Source of the DNA: Trueperaceae bacterium
GTDB taxonomy: Bacteria; Deinococcota; Deinococci; Deinococcales; Trueperaceae
DNA length: 64,000 nt
Reading direction: 5' to 3'
NCBI GenBank assembly: GCA_965213925.1
Contig: OZ243927.1
Location: forward strand, 1,376,001-1,440,000
The position numbers and the translations under genes were made by a program. Below, piece by piece: positions 26,078 to 36,896 of this stretch. The notes below the pieces were generated by a model that ran no database searches, was not told where the DNA came from, and saw only the letters and a program-made list of their open reading frames with translations. The stretch's first letter is position 1. Every line of letters starts with the position of its first letter.

Positions 26078-28825
26078 ATGTCCGATACCGCACATGACAC
26101 AGGCGAGCGTGACGTAACGCACGACACCGACGAACCGCGCACCTACTACCGCGCCCCCGAGCCCCAGGGTCCCGCCGAGATGGGTCAGGTCATCCTAAAA
26201 GACGGCAGCACCGCCTACTTGCGCCCTGCGCGCCCCGAGGACAAAGACCTGCTCATCCGCTTCTTTAAGGGCATCTCAAAAGAGGCGTACGTGCGCCGCT
26301 TCTTCGCCGAGACGCCCTACGAGTCGGCTGCGAAGCGGATGCTCACGGGCGAACCTGTAGCGATGAAGCTCGTCTTGTTCGTCTTGTCGGGCGACCCGCA
26401 AGACCCGGATATCATCGCGGCGGGGGAGTACACCCGCGAAAAGGAGGGCTCGAAAGAGGCTGAGGTCGCCTTTTTAGTGGGCGAAAACCAGCGCGGCAAA
26501 GGTTTGGGCACGCTCCTGTTGGAGCGCCTGGCGCTGGTGGCGGCGCGGCACGGGATCGAGCGCTTTACAGCGGTGACGATGTCGCGCAACCGCGAGATGA
26601 TCAACGTCTTTAAGAGCAGCGGCTATGAGGTGAGGCGCAGGCTCGAGTACGGCGACGTCGAGATCGACTTCTCCATCCAGCCGAGCTTTGAAAGCGTCCA
26701 ACGGGCGGAGGCGCGCGAGCAGATCGCTACGGTCGCCTCGCTGCGCCCCTTCTTCGAGCCGGAGCGCGTCGCGGTGATCGGCGCGTCGCGCGAGCCTAAC
26801 AGCCTCGGTCAGCGCATCCTGTGGAACCTCCAGGACAGCGGCTTTCGCGAGAACCTCTTCCCGATTCACCCCGAGGCGGACACGCTCGCGGACCTAGAAG
26901 CCTACGCTTCACTCGAGGACGTACCCGACATCGACTTGGCTGTCATCACTGTGCCGAAAGAGCACGTTTTAGAGGTGGCGGAGGCGTGCGGTGAGAAGGG
27001 TGTGCGCTCGCTCATCGTCGTGAGCGCGGGCTTCGGCGAGACGGGCGAGGCGGGGCGCAGGGCGCAAGCAGACCTCGTCAAAAAGGTGCGCGGCTACGGG
27101 ATGCGTTTAATCGGACCCAACAGCATGGGGCTCATGAACGTGAAGCCCGAGGGGACGCTCAACGCCAGCACCGCCGCGACGCTGCCCAAGTGCGGTCCCG
27201 TGGCGGTCTCCTCGCAGAGCGGCGCGTTAGGGTTGGCGATTTTGGAGCACGCGCAGACGACGGAATTGGGGGTCTCGAGCCTCGTCAGCTTGGGCAACCG
27301 CGCCGACGTCTCTGGCAACGACCTCTTGCAGTACTGGGAAGACGACGAGCAAACCGGGCTCATCATCCTCTACTTGGCGACCTTCGGCAACCCGCGCCGC
27401 TTCGCGCGCCTAGCGCGGCGCGTCGGGCGAAAAAAGCCGATCTTAGCCGTGAAAGCGGAGCGTTCTGGGGCGCTTTCAGGCGCTATCGCTTCGGATACCG
27501 CTGTGGACGCCCTCTTTCGGCAGACGGGCGTGGTTCGCGCGCACACCTTTGAGGAGCTGTTCGACGTAGCGGCGCTCTTATCGCACCAGCCGCTGCCCAA
27601 GGGTAAGCGCGTCGCCGTCATCTCGAACGCGGGAGGACCGGCGAGTCTGGCAACCGACGCGCTCGCGGCAGCGGGGCTGGAGGTGCCGGAAACGGACGAG
27701 GCGACGCAGGAGGCTTTGCAGGGACCTTTGTTGGCGGGCTCGAGTCTATGTAACCCCGTCGACATGAGCGCCTTCGCCACCGCCCAGCACTACCGCTTGG
27801 CTGTCGAGACTGTTCTTTCAGGTGACGTCGACGCGCTCTTGGTGCTCTTCTCTCCCATCGGGCCTGCTCACGCCGAAGAGGTCGCAAACGCCATCGGCGA
27901 AGCGGTCATCGCCGCACGTGAGGCGGGGCACCACCAGAGCGTGCTCATCTGCTTTACCACCTACCAAAACGCGCGCCCCCCGCTCCCCGCCGGGGACGAA
28001 AACCTGCCCACCTACCGCTTCCCCGAGTCGGCGGTGCGGGCGCTCGCCAAAGCGCGGGAGTACGCGGCGTGGTGCGAGACGCCAATAGGCTCAATTCCTG
28101 ATTTTGCTGACTTGGATATTGCTGAGGCGAGAGAGGTCTGCCAAAACGCGCGAGAAAGGGGGGGCGGCTGGCTCACGCCGGAAGAGGTCGCGCGCGTGTT
28201 GCGCGCCTTCGGGCTGCCGCTCGCGCCGCACCGTCTAGCAAAGGACGCAGCGGGCGCGGTGAGCGCGGCGAACGACCTCGGCTATCCCGTCGTCGTCAAA
28301 CTCGCTTCGCAGACGCTTATGAACAAGTCCGACTGGGACGGCGTCAAGCTCAACCTTCAAGGCGAAGCGGACGTGCGCCGCGCCTGTAAAGAGATCGAGA
28401 CGACGCTGCAAGAGGCGGAGCGCGCGGACGACCTCTTGGGCTTCCTCGTGCAGCCGATGGTCGACGCGGGCACCGAACTCGCCATCGGCGTGCGCCAAGA
28501 CCCGCTCTTCGGACCGCTACTCTCGTTCGGCTTAGGCGGCGTCTACATGGAGGTCTTGCACGACACGGTCTACCGCGTGACGCCCCTGACGGGGCGCGAC
28601 GCCGAGGAGATGGTGCGCGAGGTGAGAGGGTATCCGCTGCTGACGGGCTATAGGGGTCACGCGCCCGCCGACTTAGAGGCGGTTCACGAGATGCTTTTAA
28701 GGGTCTCGAGATTGGTCGAAGAACTCCCCGAAATCGCCGAACTCGACCTCGACCCCTTCAAGGCGCATGGGCCAGGTCAGGGCTGCACGATTTTGGACGC
28801 GCGCATCCGCGTTGACGCCGAGTAG
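26078..28825 (+). CDS. Protein lysine acetyltransferase / GNAT-acetate-CoA ligase fusion (Pat type, N-terminal GNAT)
   Basis: GNAT AEVAFLV..QRGKGLG; CoA-binding VAVIGAS, GPNSMG, SQSG, GNRADVSGND, SNAGG; ATP-grasp tail; GGAGG SD. Confidence 0.92.
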   Translation: MSDTAHDTGERDVTHDTDEPRTYYRAPEPQGPAEMGQVILKDGSTAYLRPARPEDKDLLIRFFKGISKEAYVRRFFAETPYESAAKRMLTGEPVAMKLVLFVLSGDPQDPDIIAAGEYTREKEGSKEAEVAFLVGENQRGKGLGTLLLERLALVAARHGIERFTAVTMSRNREMINVFKSSGYEVRRRLEYGDVEIDFSIQPSFESVQRAEAREQIATVASLRPFFEPERVAVIGASREPNSLGQRILWNLQDSGFRENLFPIHPEADTLADLEAYASLEDVPDIDLAVITVPKEHVLEVAEACGEKGVRSLIVVSAGFGETGEAGRRAQADLVKKVRGYGMRLIGPNSMGLMNVKPEGTLNASTAATLPKCGPVAVSSQSGALGLAILEHAQTTELGVSSLVSLGNRADVSGNDLLQYWEDDEQTGLIILYLATFGNPRRFARLARRVGRKKPILAVKAERSGALSGAIASDTAVDALFRQTGVVRAHTFEELFDVAALLSHQPLPKGKRVAVISNAGGPASLATDALAAAGLEVPETDEATQEALQGPLLAGSSLCNPVDMSAFATAQHYRLAVETVLSGDVDALLVLFSPIGPAHAEEVANAIGEAVIAAREAGHHQSVLICFTTYQNARPPLPAGDENLPTYRFPESAVRALAKAREYAAWCETPIGSIPDFADLDIAEAREVCQNARERGGGWLTPEEVARVLRAFGLPLAPHRLAKDAAGAVSAANDLGYPVVVKLASQTLMNKSDWDGVKLNLQGEADVRRACKEIETTLQEAERADDLLGFLVQPMVDAGTELAIGVRQDPLFGPLLSFGLGGVYMEVLHDTVYRVTPLTGRDAEEMVREVRGYPLLTGYRGHAPADLEAVHEMLLRVSRLVEELPEIAELDLDPFKAHGPGQGCTILDARIRVDAE

Positions 28826-28832
28826 TCCTACC

Positions 28833-29972
28833 TCACGCGGCGTTGGACAAGCGGGTGTGTTCGGGGAGCAGCACCTCTAAGTATTGTTGGCTCGTCGTTT
28901 CGAGGGAGAAGTCGGCAGCGCGAGCTTGGAGTTCGGCGGACGACACGCTCTCGTTTAGGGTGCGCAACATAGCCTCCGCCAACCCCTGCGCGTCGCTAAC
29001 CGGAACGAGCGGACCATATCTGCCGCCCTCCAAAATCTCCCTGGGACCACTCGGGCAGTCCGTACTTACCACCGGACACCCACACGCCATCGCTTGGATG
29101 AGCACGCCGGGCAATCCTTCCCAAGCGGACGAGAGGACGAAGAGGTCCGCTCTGGACATGTACGCAAAAGGGTTGTCCACGAAACCAGGCAGCGCGACCT
29201 CTTCCCCTATGTCTAACTCGGCGACGAGCGCCTCCAATACCGAACGCTGCTGACCTTCGCCTAGAATCATCAGCCGGGCGGGGCGTTTTTCTCTCACCTT
29301 AGCGAACGCGCGCATAAGCGTCAGGTAATCTTTTTGTCCTGTCAGCCGCCCCGCGGCGAGGATGACGGGCGGCGTGTCGGGGCTGAACCAGGGATGGTTA
29401 AGGGGCGCGCGCGCCTGACGGTGTAGATCGTCGGTGACGACAGGGTTATAGATCGTACGTATCTTTTCGGGCGAGATACCGGTGAACCGCGCTACGTCTT
29501 CCGAGACGCCTTCCGAGACGCCGATATGCCCCGCCGCCCAGGGATAGAGGCGCTTCACCGCTGCGCGGAGCGTGCGGACTTTAAGGCTCTTGACGTCGCC
29601 TGGAAACATCATGTTGGACTCGCGCACGAACACGCGCGTCGAGACGCCCGCGAGCCGCACCGCCAGAATCGCCGCGACCGCCGCGTGGTTGAGCGTGACG
29701 AGAAGCGTTTGGGGCTTCGCGCGGCGCAAGTAGCGCACCAGCTTAGGTACGCTGCTCATCACGCCGCCACTCGCTAAGTCGACGACCTCGACCTCGCGCG
29801 GCACGTGGACCAGGTAAGGACCCTCGGCGGCCGCGAGGACCAGATCGACCGCCGCGCCCTGCTCCACAAAGCCCTGGCTCAAATTGACCATCATCCGCTC
29901 CGCGCCGCCGCCATGCAGGTTGGGCAAGTAGAGAGCGATGTCGGTGCGCTTACTCGTGAGAACATTATTCAT
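28833..29972 (-). CDS. GT4 glycosyltransferase
   Basis: GGGAERM, IYNPV, GRL..QKD, SSAWEGLPGVLIQAMACG, STDCPSGP.EIL. Confidence 0.93.
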   Translation of the reverse strand: MNNVLTSKRTDIALYLPNLHGGGAERMMVNLSQGFVEQGAAVDLVLAAAEGPYLVHVPREVEVVDLASGGVMSSVPKLVRYLRRAKPQTLLVTLNHAAVAAILAVRLAGVSTRVFVRESNMMFPGDVKSLKVRTLRAAVKRLYPWAAGHIGVSEGVSEDVARFTGISPEKIRTIYNPVVTDDLHRQARAPLNHPWFSPDTPPVILAAGRLTGQKDYLTLMRAFAKVREKRPARLMILGEGQQRSVLEALVAELDIGEEVALPGFVDNPFAYMSRADLFVLSSAWEGLPGVLIQAMACGCPVVSTDCPSGPREILEGGRYGPLVPVSDAQGLAEAMLRTLNESVSSAELQARAADFSLETTSQQYLEVLLPEHTRLSNAA

Positions 29973-30021
29973 GGATATATCCTGTGCGGGCTCTAGCTAG
30001 GTCGTCCATACGCCGTAGCCG

Positions 30022-31266
30022 TTACGCTTTAAGTTGCGCCCCTAGCTGGGGCTGCTCTTGGGGACGCCGCTTGCGCCGCCTACTCAAACTCAGGCTGCTC
30101 GGCAAGACGACAAAGGCGCGGTGGGTGGTGAAGAGCGACAGCAAAAACCAAGGCACTTTATAGGTGTGCCAGTCGCCGGGTATGAACGCGACGAGCATTG
30201 CACACCAGAGCACACAGTAAAACGCGCGTTCTCTAAAGGGGAGCTGCAAAATAGGGATGACGGGCACCGTAATGGTCAGTAAGAAGAGGGTGAACCCGAC
30301 CAGTCCGAGTTCGGCGAGGTTGGAGAAGTACGCGCTGTGCGCCGGTCTCGTGTGACCGCTCACCCGCTCGTAAATCTGGTTATAGCTGCCTGAGCCCTCC
30401 CCTTTGACCGGCGAGTCCATGAACGCTTGGAGACCCGCCATCCAAATTTGCTTGCGGTTACTGACGTTGCCCTCGGTAATCTCCTCGCTCACTTCAGTTA
30501 GGCGGTTGAGATTGCTCTCGGGAAGGTTGCTGATCGCGAAGACCGAAAGTGAAAGGATAATGGCGGTAAAGATGACGCGGCGCGTGATGCTCAAATAGCC
30601 GTAGGTTAGCGGGATCAAGCTGAGGCTTACCGCGCTGACGAACATGCCGCCCCTCGAGGCGAGCAGCCCGAGCGCCATCACCGCGAGGGGGATGTAGGCG
30701 AGAAAGAGCCAGTGCCGCGGCCCGCGCCTATAGTTCATGGCGAGATACCAGGTCATCGCGAGCCCAATGCCGATAAGCGTCGCGATGGAGTTGGGGTTGT
30801 CGTTGATTCCGGTGTAGCGGTAAAGCGCCTGCTCTGCGGTAGGTACAAACGGATTCGTAAGGAACTGATAAACGATAATCGTGAGCACGACGTAAGCGCC
30901 CGCGACGTAGGCTTGCAGGAGGAGTAAGCGCCGCTTCTGGGTACGGCACAGCTCCCAGATAAGCCACGACATCGCTAAAAACTGCAAAAAGGTTTCGAAG
31001 CGTGTTCGCGCGCCGTCCTGGTTGATCGACCAGAAGAAGCTGGCACCTATCCAGAGCAGATAGAGCGCGAACATAAGGAGAAAGAGCGACGGTGCCCTCG
31101 CCTTGAGCTTGCCTCCCCGAATGACGGCGAGCGCGCCGAACGCGAAGGCGATCATGCCGAAGAGCGAGCCCGCTGCACCCAAGCCGGGGATAGAGACAGC
31201 CCTTTCCCAGGGCATGGAGAAGACGAAAAGCCAGAGAGCGATGAAGGCGACGCGGTTGACATTCAT
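30022..31266 (-). CDS. O-antigen ligase / Wzy-like polymerase
   Basis: Multi-TM; NPN, ASRGG, R..IW..G, G.G, AHS.Y...LAELGLVG. Confidence 0.85.
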   Translation of the reverse strand: MNVNRVAFIALWLFVFSMPWERAVSIPGLGAAGSLFGMIAFAFGALAVIRGGKLKARAPSLFLLMFALYLLWIGASFFWSINQDGARTRFETFLQFLAMSWLIWELCRTQKRRLLLLQAYVAGAYVVLTIIVYQFLTNPFVPTAEQALYRYTGINDNPNSIATLIGIGLAMTWYLAMNYRRGPRHWLFLAYIPLAVMALGLLASRGGMFVSAVSLSLIPLTYGYLSITRRVIFTAIILSLSVFAISNLPESNLNRLTEVSEEITEGNVSNRKQIWMAGLQAFMDSPVKGEGSGSYNQIYERVSGHTRPAHSAYFSNLAELGLVGFTLFLLTITVPVIPILQLPFRERAFYCVLWCAMLVAFIPGDWHTYKVPWFLLSLFTTHRAFVVLPSSLSLSRRRKRRPQEQPQLGAQLKA

Positions 31267-31476
31267 GGTAGATTCCTTCCAGTCGACATCCCGAACCGTC
31301 GACCTGAGTAAAGCGCTTGCGCCAGGTGATCGGGCGTCGCACGGCGTTTGCGCTGCGTTTTGCCCCACCACACGTCCGCCGACCGGCGCAGACGCGCGGA
31401 CCTGCTCTCCCTACTATAGCGGCTCCGCCAAAAAACCGTGTGTCCTTTGTGGCGTTCACCCTGCCGCGTCATGCCC

Positions 31477-33429
31477 CTAGTCGCTCGTCCGCTGCTCGCT
31501 CAGCCAAGCTTGCAACATGAGCGCAGTCCAGATGGGCGAATACCCCTGCGTAAACCTGCCCGCCAAAAAGTCCTCCCACTGCTGGCGGACCGCGCCCGCG
31601 TCGAGTAGGCCCTCGCGCCCTAGCCGCTCCTCGCTAAGCAGGTCGTCCGCCCAATCTCTGAGCGGACCCTTGAGCCACTGCCAAATCGGGACGCTAAAGC
31701 CCTTTTTAGGCCGCTCGATGAGGGGCTTAGGCACGTAGCGGTAGAGAACTTTCCTGAGGAGCTGCTTGCCCTGTTCGCCCTCGAAGTTGAACTCGAGCGG
31801 GAAGCGCCAAGCGAGTTCGACCACGCGGTGGTCTAAGATAGGGACCCGCGCCTCTAAACTCACGCCCATGCTCGCCCTATCGAGCTTGACGAGAACATCG
31901 TCGGGCATAAAGGTCGTCATATCCCAGTACATCATGCTCTGCACGTAGTTTGGAAAAGAGGTCCAATCGGGGCGGTCCGCGAGATAGCTTTCGCTCTCTT
32001 TGGTCGCCAAAAGCGTTTCGTGGACGTCTAAGCGGGTTAAATATGTGCTGTGCACGTCACGCTGACTCCTGAGCCTGAGATACTCGGCGACGCGGTTGAT
32101 CCGGGCGACGTCAGTATATTTTTGCAGCTTGCCGGGCAACGCGCCGCTTAGAGCGTCGAGGCGCGCCTGCGGCAGCTTCGCCGTTTGTTCCAAGATAGAC
32201 GCGACGGGCGAACGCAGCGCGTAGGGAAAGCGCTGCAGGGTATTCCAGCGGCTCCGGTTCTGCAAGTAGGCGTCGTACCCGCCGAACAGCTCGTCGCCTC
32301 CGTCACCGGAGAGGCTGACCGTCACCTCGCGCCGCGCTAGCTCCGAAATGAGAAAGATCGGAATCTGCGAGGCGTCGGCGAAAGGTTCGTCGTAGAGCCG
32401 AGGGAGCTTGGGAATTACCGCCATCGCATCCTCAGGCGCGACGTAGAGTTCGGTATGGTCGGTGCCCAGATGCTCTGCGACCTCCTTAGCGTGATGCGCC
32501 TCGTTGAATCGTTCTTCGTTGAAGCCGACCGTGAAGGTCTTGACGGGTTGCGTGCTCTGCGCCTGCATCAAAGCGACGACCGCCGAAGAGTCGACGCCGC
32601 CCGACAAAAACCCGCCTAAGGGCACGTCGGCGACCATGCGGCACCCTACCGCCTCGGCGAGCTGGTCGTGGAGCGCGTCCGCCGCCTCTTCCGCGCTGCC
32701 CTCGAAAGGACAGCTTACGCCCGCTTGCGCCACCTCGTACGCCGACCAATACGCCTGCGGCTCCGCTCTCTCTAAAGGATGCTGCAGCTTGACGATCGTC
32801 CCCGGCGGCAATTTGTAAATATCTTGATAGACGCTCTCGGGACTCGGAATATAGCGGTAACGCAAGTACATCCCGATGCCGCGCTGATTTAAGCACCCCC
32901 GGAAGTCGGGGTGCTGCTTGAGCGTGTGGAGTTCGGAGCCGAAGAGGAAGGTCGGGCCGCTCCAGCCGTAGTAGAGCGGTTTGATGCCTAAGCGGTCGCG
33001 CACCAAGTAGAGCGCGCCCTCGGCGCGGTCCCAGAGAGCGAAGGCGAACATGCCGACGAAACGCCCGACCGCCTCCTCTAAGCCCCAGCGCTCAATAGCC
33101 TCTAAGATAACCTCCGTATCTGAATGCCCCCGCCAGGCGTGTGGACCGTTCCGGTCTAGCTCGGCGCGCAGCGCTTCGAAGTTGTAAATCTCACCGTTAT
33201 AGATAAGGACGTAGCGCCCGCTCGCCGAGGGCATCGGCTGGTGTCCCTCGGGCGACAGGTCGATGATCGACAGACGCCTGTGACCGAGCGCGACGCCGCG
33301 CTCCTGGTCGCACCAGTATCCCTGATCGTCCGGTCCGCGGTATGAAATCGCGTCCGTCATCTGCCGCACCGTTTGCGCTAAGTCGCTCGGCTCGTCTCGC
33401 TTGGTCCAAAAGCCTGTTAGTCCACACAT
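31477..33429 (-). CDS. asnB: Asparagine synthase-family amidotransferase (glycan-associated)
   Basis: MCG, RGPD, HRRLSIIDL, YNGEIYN, LSGGVDSS, SGDGGDELFGGY, RPKKGF. Confidence 0.93.
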   Translation of the reverse strand: MCGLTGFWTKRDEPSDLAQTVRQMTDAISYRGPDDQGYWCDQERGVALGHRRLSIIDLSPEGHQPMPSASGRYVLIYNGEIYNFEALRAELDRNGPHAWRGHSDTEVILEAIERWGLEEAVGRFVGMFAFALWDRAEGALYLVRDRLGIKPLYYGWSGPTFLFGSELHTLKQHPDFRGCLNQRGIGMYLRYRYIPSPESVYQDIYKLPPGTIVKLQHPLERAEPQAYWSAYEVAQAGVSCPFEGSAEEAADALHDQLAEAVGCRMVADVPLGGFLSGGVDSSAVVALMQAQSTQPVKTFTVGFNEERFNEAHHAKEVAEHLGTDHTELYVAPEDAMAVIPKLPRLYDEPFADASQIPIFLISELARREVTVSLSGDGGDELFGGYDAYLQNRSRWNTLQRFPYALRSPVASILEQTAKLPQARLDALSGALPGKLQKYTDVARINRVAEYLRLRSQRDVHSTYLTRLDVHETLLATKESESYLADRPDWTSFPNYVQSMMYWDMTTFMPDDVLVKLDRASMGVSLEARVPILDHRVVELAWRFPLEFNFEGEQGKQLLRKVLYRYVPKPLIERPKKGFSVPIWQWLKGPLRDWADDLLSEERLGREGLLDAGAVRQQWEDFLAGRFTQGYSPIWTALMLQAWLSEQRTSD

Positions 33430-33701
33430 GTCATTCCTCCAGCGCCCCTAACGGCAGCCGTTTCACATTTCGCTACGCTAACTGAGAGCGTCTTTTCGCC
33501 CAGTGGGAGCGGCACTACGCAACTGTGCTTCGTGCACCATCTCTCCGCGCGCCCGTTCGCACATCGCTTCGCCGTGACAAAGAAACGCAGAAGCGCCGCT
33601 CGCATCACGCTGCGGTACCCCTCGCTACCTGAACATTCCCGACTAAGGCAACCAAATCCACGGCTAAATTCGGTGTGGCGCGCGCGCAGCGCCGCCTTTA
33701 G

Positions 33702-34071
33702 TACACTGTTAAGCAAAAAGTGAATCATGTCATTCTGAACGGAACGAAGCCCCCTTTCGGGGATGAACGATGGAGAGAAAGAATCTCGTCTTCCATTCCC
33801 CGCCAGCCGAGATTGTGAGGCGAGACCCTTACGTCTTCGCCGGACTTCGTCTGACTGCGTGAACAGGGTGACAACAGTACTGCAAAACTTACTTAACATT
33901 GTATTTAGTACAGCGCTAAGTAAAAAACGAGTTGTGTCATTCTGAATGAAGCGAAGCGGAATGAAGAATCTCTGCATTTGCCTCTTCCTCTGACAGAGAT
34001 TGTAATGCGAGACCCCTCGGCTGCGCTCGGGGTGACATTCACGGATGCCGCACAACTTAACTAACAGTGTA
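33702..34071 (+). mobile_element. Two tandem copies of a MITE-like palindromic element
   Basis: Copies at 33702-33903 and 33909-34071; ends TACACTGTTAAG...CTTAACATTGTA; TTTAG at all three junctions; shared core GTCATTCTGAA...AAGAATCTC...GAGACCC...GGGTGACA. Confidence 0.8.
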
Positions 34072-34081
34072 TTTAGCACCC

Positions 34082-35602
34082 TCACAGCTCCGCCAACTTG
34101 CGTTCGATAGGCTTAGGCAAATACTTGCCGACGAGTTGCACGATCCAGATGCCGTCTTCGCCCAGCACCGCCTTCGGAAAAAACCAGATGAGCGCGAGCA
34201 CGCTTAGCGCGAGCACGAGACCCGAAACAGTCACGGTGAGTAGGGCGGGCGAGCCTACGCTACGTAAGGACGTTGCAAGCACCCACGATTCGGCGAGTAC
34301 CACACCGGCGAGCAGCGACGCCCGCAGATGAATCTGCGCGAACTTGCGCCAGCCTAACCCCGTAAGTTTGAGGCTGAGCTGCGCCATGAGCGCCGCGTTG
34401 GTGACGAGCGCCGCGAGCACGCCCACCGCGACCCCCACGAGCCCCCAATTCTGCCCGATGATCGCGCCGCCGATCACGCTCACCGCGTAGATAGCTTGCC
34501 GCCACGCCCGGCTATAGACCGCGCCCTTCGCTTTCACTAGAGTGTCGCTCAAACCTGCGTTCGAACGCATGATCGTGCCGATGACCAAAATTTGAAAGGG
34601 CAAAATCGCCTCGGTCCACTGCGGACCGAGCAGGATAAGCACGTACTCCGGCGCGAAGATGAAGAGCACGGCGCTCGCAGGCATCATGAAGAGTGCTGTG
34701 AACACCAAACCTCGCCGGTACACCGTACCAATCGTCTTCGCCTCGCTCTGCACCTTCGACATCGCCGGAAACAGCACGCCGTTAAGCGCCTCGCCGAAGA
34801 GCTGCGCGGGCAAGATCATGAGCTGATACGCCTTCTGATAAATCCCTATCGCCGCCGTGCTCAAAAACCGTCCCACCACGATGTTGTCGCCCTGGGTCGC
34901 CCCCCTATAGAGCACATCGGAAAGTGACTGCCCGCCCCCGAAGTAGAGCAGATGCCCCGCCGCCTCGCGGTCGAACTGCGGCCACTTGGGGTGAGGTTTG
35001 GCGACGAGGTAGATACACATAGAGAGCGCCTTTTGCGCCAACGTCCCGCCGATGAGCGCCCAAGGACCGAAGCCCAAGTAAGCTAGCACGATGCCGACCA
35101 ACCCGTATCCCAAAAAGTACGAGACCGCCCGCGTCCCCGCTTTGAGGCGGAAGTCGAGATCTCTGGACGCAAGCGACATCGCGACGACCGAAATGCCGTC
35201 GAGCAAAAGCCCGAGCGAGATGACACGCAACATCGGCACGAGCAGCGGCTCGTTATAGAAAGACGCAACCGGGGGAGACAACACCCAGAGCAGCGCTATA
35301 ATGACGAAGCTGAGCGCCACCGTCAGCGTAAAGCCGACCCTGACGTGCCGCGTTTCCAACACCTCGCGCTGCACCACCGCCGGACCCACGCCCAGCCGCG
35401 CGAACATATCCGTAAACGCCGTAACCGTGAGACACAGCGCGACGACCCCGAAGTCCGCCTCGGTCAGGAGTCGCGCCAACACGCCCAACACCACGATCTT
35501 TAAGACCGCCTGCGCGCCCGAGCCCGACGACGACCAAAAGAGCCCCACAAAAGTGCGGTGCGTCAGGTTGCTGCGCCCCTTGTCCAGCGGAGGTTTACTC
35601 AT
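34082..35602 (-). CDS. wzx: Wzx-type polysaccharide flippase (PST family)
   Basis: LARLL...DFG, G...AVVQR, DNIVVG.FL...G.Y..AY, LLG.QW; 12 or more TM segments. Confidence 0.88.
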   Translation of the reverse strand: MSKPPLDKGRSNLTHRTFVGLFWSSSGSGAQAVLKIVVLGVLARLLTEADFGVVALCLTVTAFTDMFARLGVGPAVVQREVLETRHVRVGFTLTVALSFVIIALLWVLSPPVASFYNEPLLVPMLRVISLGLLLDGISVVAMSLASRDLDFRLKAGTRAVSYFLGYGLVGIVLAYLGFGPWALIGGTLAQKALSMCIYLVAKPHPKWPQFDREAAGHLLYFGGGQSLSDVLYRGATQGDNIVVGRFLSTAAIGIYQKAYQLMILPAQLFGEALNGVLFPAMSKVQSEAKTIGTVYRRGLVFTALFMMPASAVLFIFAPEYVLILLGPQWTEAILPFQILVIGTIMRSNAGLSDTLVKAKGAVYSRAWRQAIYAVSVIGGAIIGQNWGLVGVAVGVLAALVTNAALMAQLSLKLTGLGWRKFAQIHLRASLLAGVVLAESWVLATSLRSVGSPALLTVTVSGLVLALSVLALIWFFPKAVLGEDGIWIVQLVGKYLPKPIERKLAEL

Positions 35603-35894
35603 AGGTTGTTCGCAGGCTGACTCATAGGTGATTCCGTAACTAAGATTCGCCCTGTTGCGGCGTGAGAAGAAAATACTGAGAGGTGTTTATGGCTCCGCGC
35701 CGTGCTCTAAGTAGGAGAGCCGCGCAGAACAACAGCAAGAGCGTAGTAAAAAGCCGCGGACCTCGCTCAGAGCAGCATATCAGATAGCCTTCTGTGAAAA
35801 GATATAAGTTTCACATCTCGCTTCAGATTAGAGAAGCAAGGCAATAAAAAAGAAGACCCCGAGGGGCCTTCTCGAAAAGGGTAGGTATACCTTG

Positions 35895-36896
35895 TTAGTT
35901 GGCGGGCGTAGCAGGCGTAGTTTCTGCCGTGTTGACATACCCACGGTTACCGAAGCCACCAATGTTCACATCGTTGACTTGGACGCGGAAGACATAAGCA
36001 AACTCGCCGTCGTTAAGGTCGCTTTCGTCCGCAGCAGGCGAGGTCTGGACCGGGTAGACACACTCAACGCTTGTCGGTGCTGGTGTAGCCGTGAGATCAC
36101 AGTCATCGGTGCTGACAGGTGCACCTAGCGTGAAGCCTTGGACCGCAGTATCTTGCTCTAAAGGTACGACGTCGTTTTCAGGGTCGTCGTCAATATCGAG
36201 GTTTCTGAGCTGGAGGGTGATTTCGCTGATGCCGTCGGCGGCGCTAGCGTTGACCTGAACGTAGAAGGTCTCGGAGTTGCTGGCGTCAATTTCTACGACT
36301 CGAGGATCATCTTCGTTATCAATGCCATTCTCGTTAGTGCCGTCCGCACCGTCGTTTAAGAAAGGACCGGTTTGACTGTCCGCTACGCCAAAAGCCGACA
36401 CGGTTGGTTCCGTATCCCCACCGGGATCAGTCGGATCGGTTGGATCAGTCGGGTCAGTACCAGGCTCAGCAATCGTCGCCGTCACCGTATCGGTCGCCGA
36501 GTCCGTTCCGTCATCCGCATCAACTTCTATTGTATAAGTACCAGCCTCGGAGAACGTAACAGTTGTTGTCTGACCTGTTTCAGGCGTGAAGGCTGCGCCA
36601 GTATCGGGGCTAACGGACCACGAGTACGTCACACTGCCGTCGGCGTTTTCGGCTGTCGCTGTAAAGTCTTGTACGAGGGTGCCAGCGTCTATGCTACCGC
36701 CTGTTTCACCACCGCCCGTGCTACTGCCGCCCGTCGGTAGTGTTTCACTATACGTAGCTGGAGTGATGCTAACCGTAAGAGGGTCGCCGTTGCCGTTGCC
36801 GTTGTCGTCACCACCATTACACGCCGCGATAGCGAGTACAAGCACGAGCAGGAGCGGAACGAACCGCACCCACAATTTATTAGACAGTTGTTGCAT
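35895..36896 (-). CDS. Acidic lipoprotein: TGG linker, PKD-like domain, (TDP)n linker and unrecognised C-terminal domain
   Basis: Lipobox LAIAAC; GGAGGA SD; VTYSWS..TF.EAGTYTIEV.A.DG PKD-like segment; C-terminal domain paralogous to 37375..38172. Confidence 0.85.
   Translation of the reverse strand: MQQLSNKLWVRFVPLLLVLVLAIAACNGGDDNGNGNGDPLTVSITPATYSETLPTGGSSTGGGETGGSIDAGTLVQDFTATAENADGSVTYSWSVSPDTGAAFTPETGQTTTVTFSEAGTYTIEVDADDGTDSATDTVTATIAEPGTDPTDPTDPTDPGGDTEPTVSAFGVADSQTGPFLNDGADGTNENGIDNEDDPRVVEIDASNSETFYVQVNASAADGISEITLQLRNLDIDDDPENDVVPLEQDTAVQGFTLGAPVSTDDCDLTATPAPTSVECVYPVQTSPAADESDLNDGEFAYVFRVQVNDVNIGGFGNRGYVNTAETTPATPAN

Noticed and set aside
33700..34076. CRISPR array (also considered for 37490-37730 and 61614-61682)
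   Set aside because: No identical 25-40 bp repeats separated by unique spacers, and no cas genes
33417..34085. 222-aa minus-strand ORF
   Set aside because: Runs through two tandem MITE-like repeats; not protein-like
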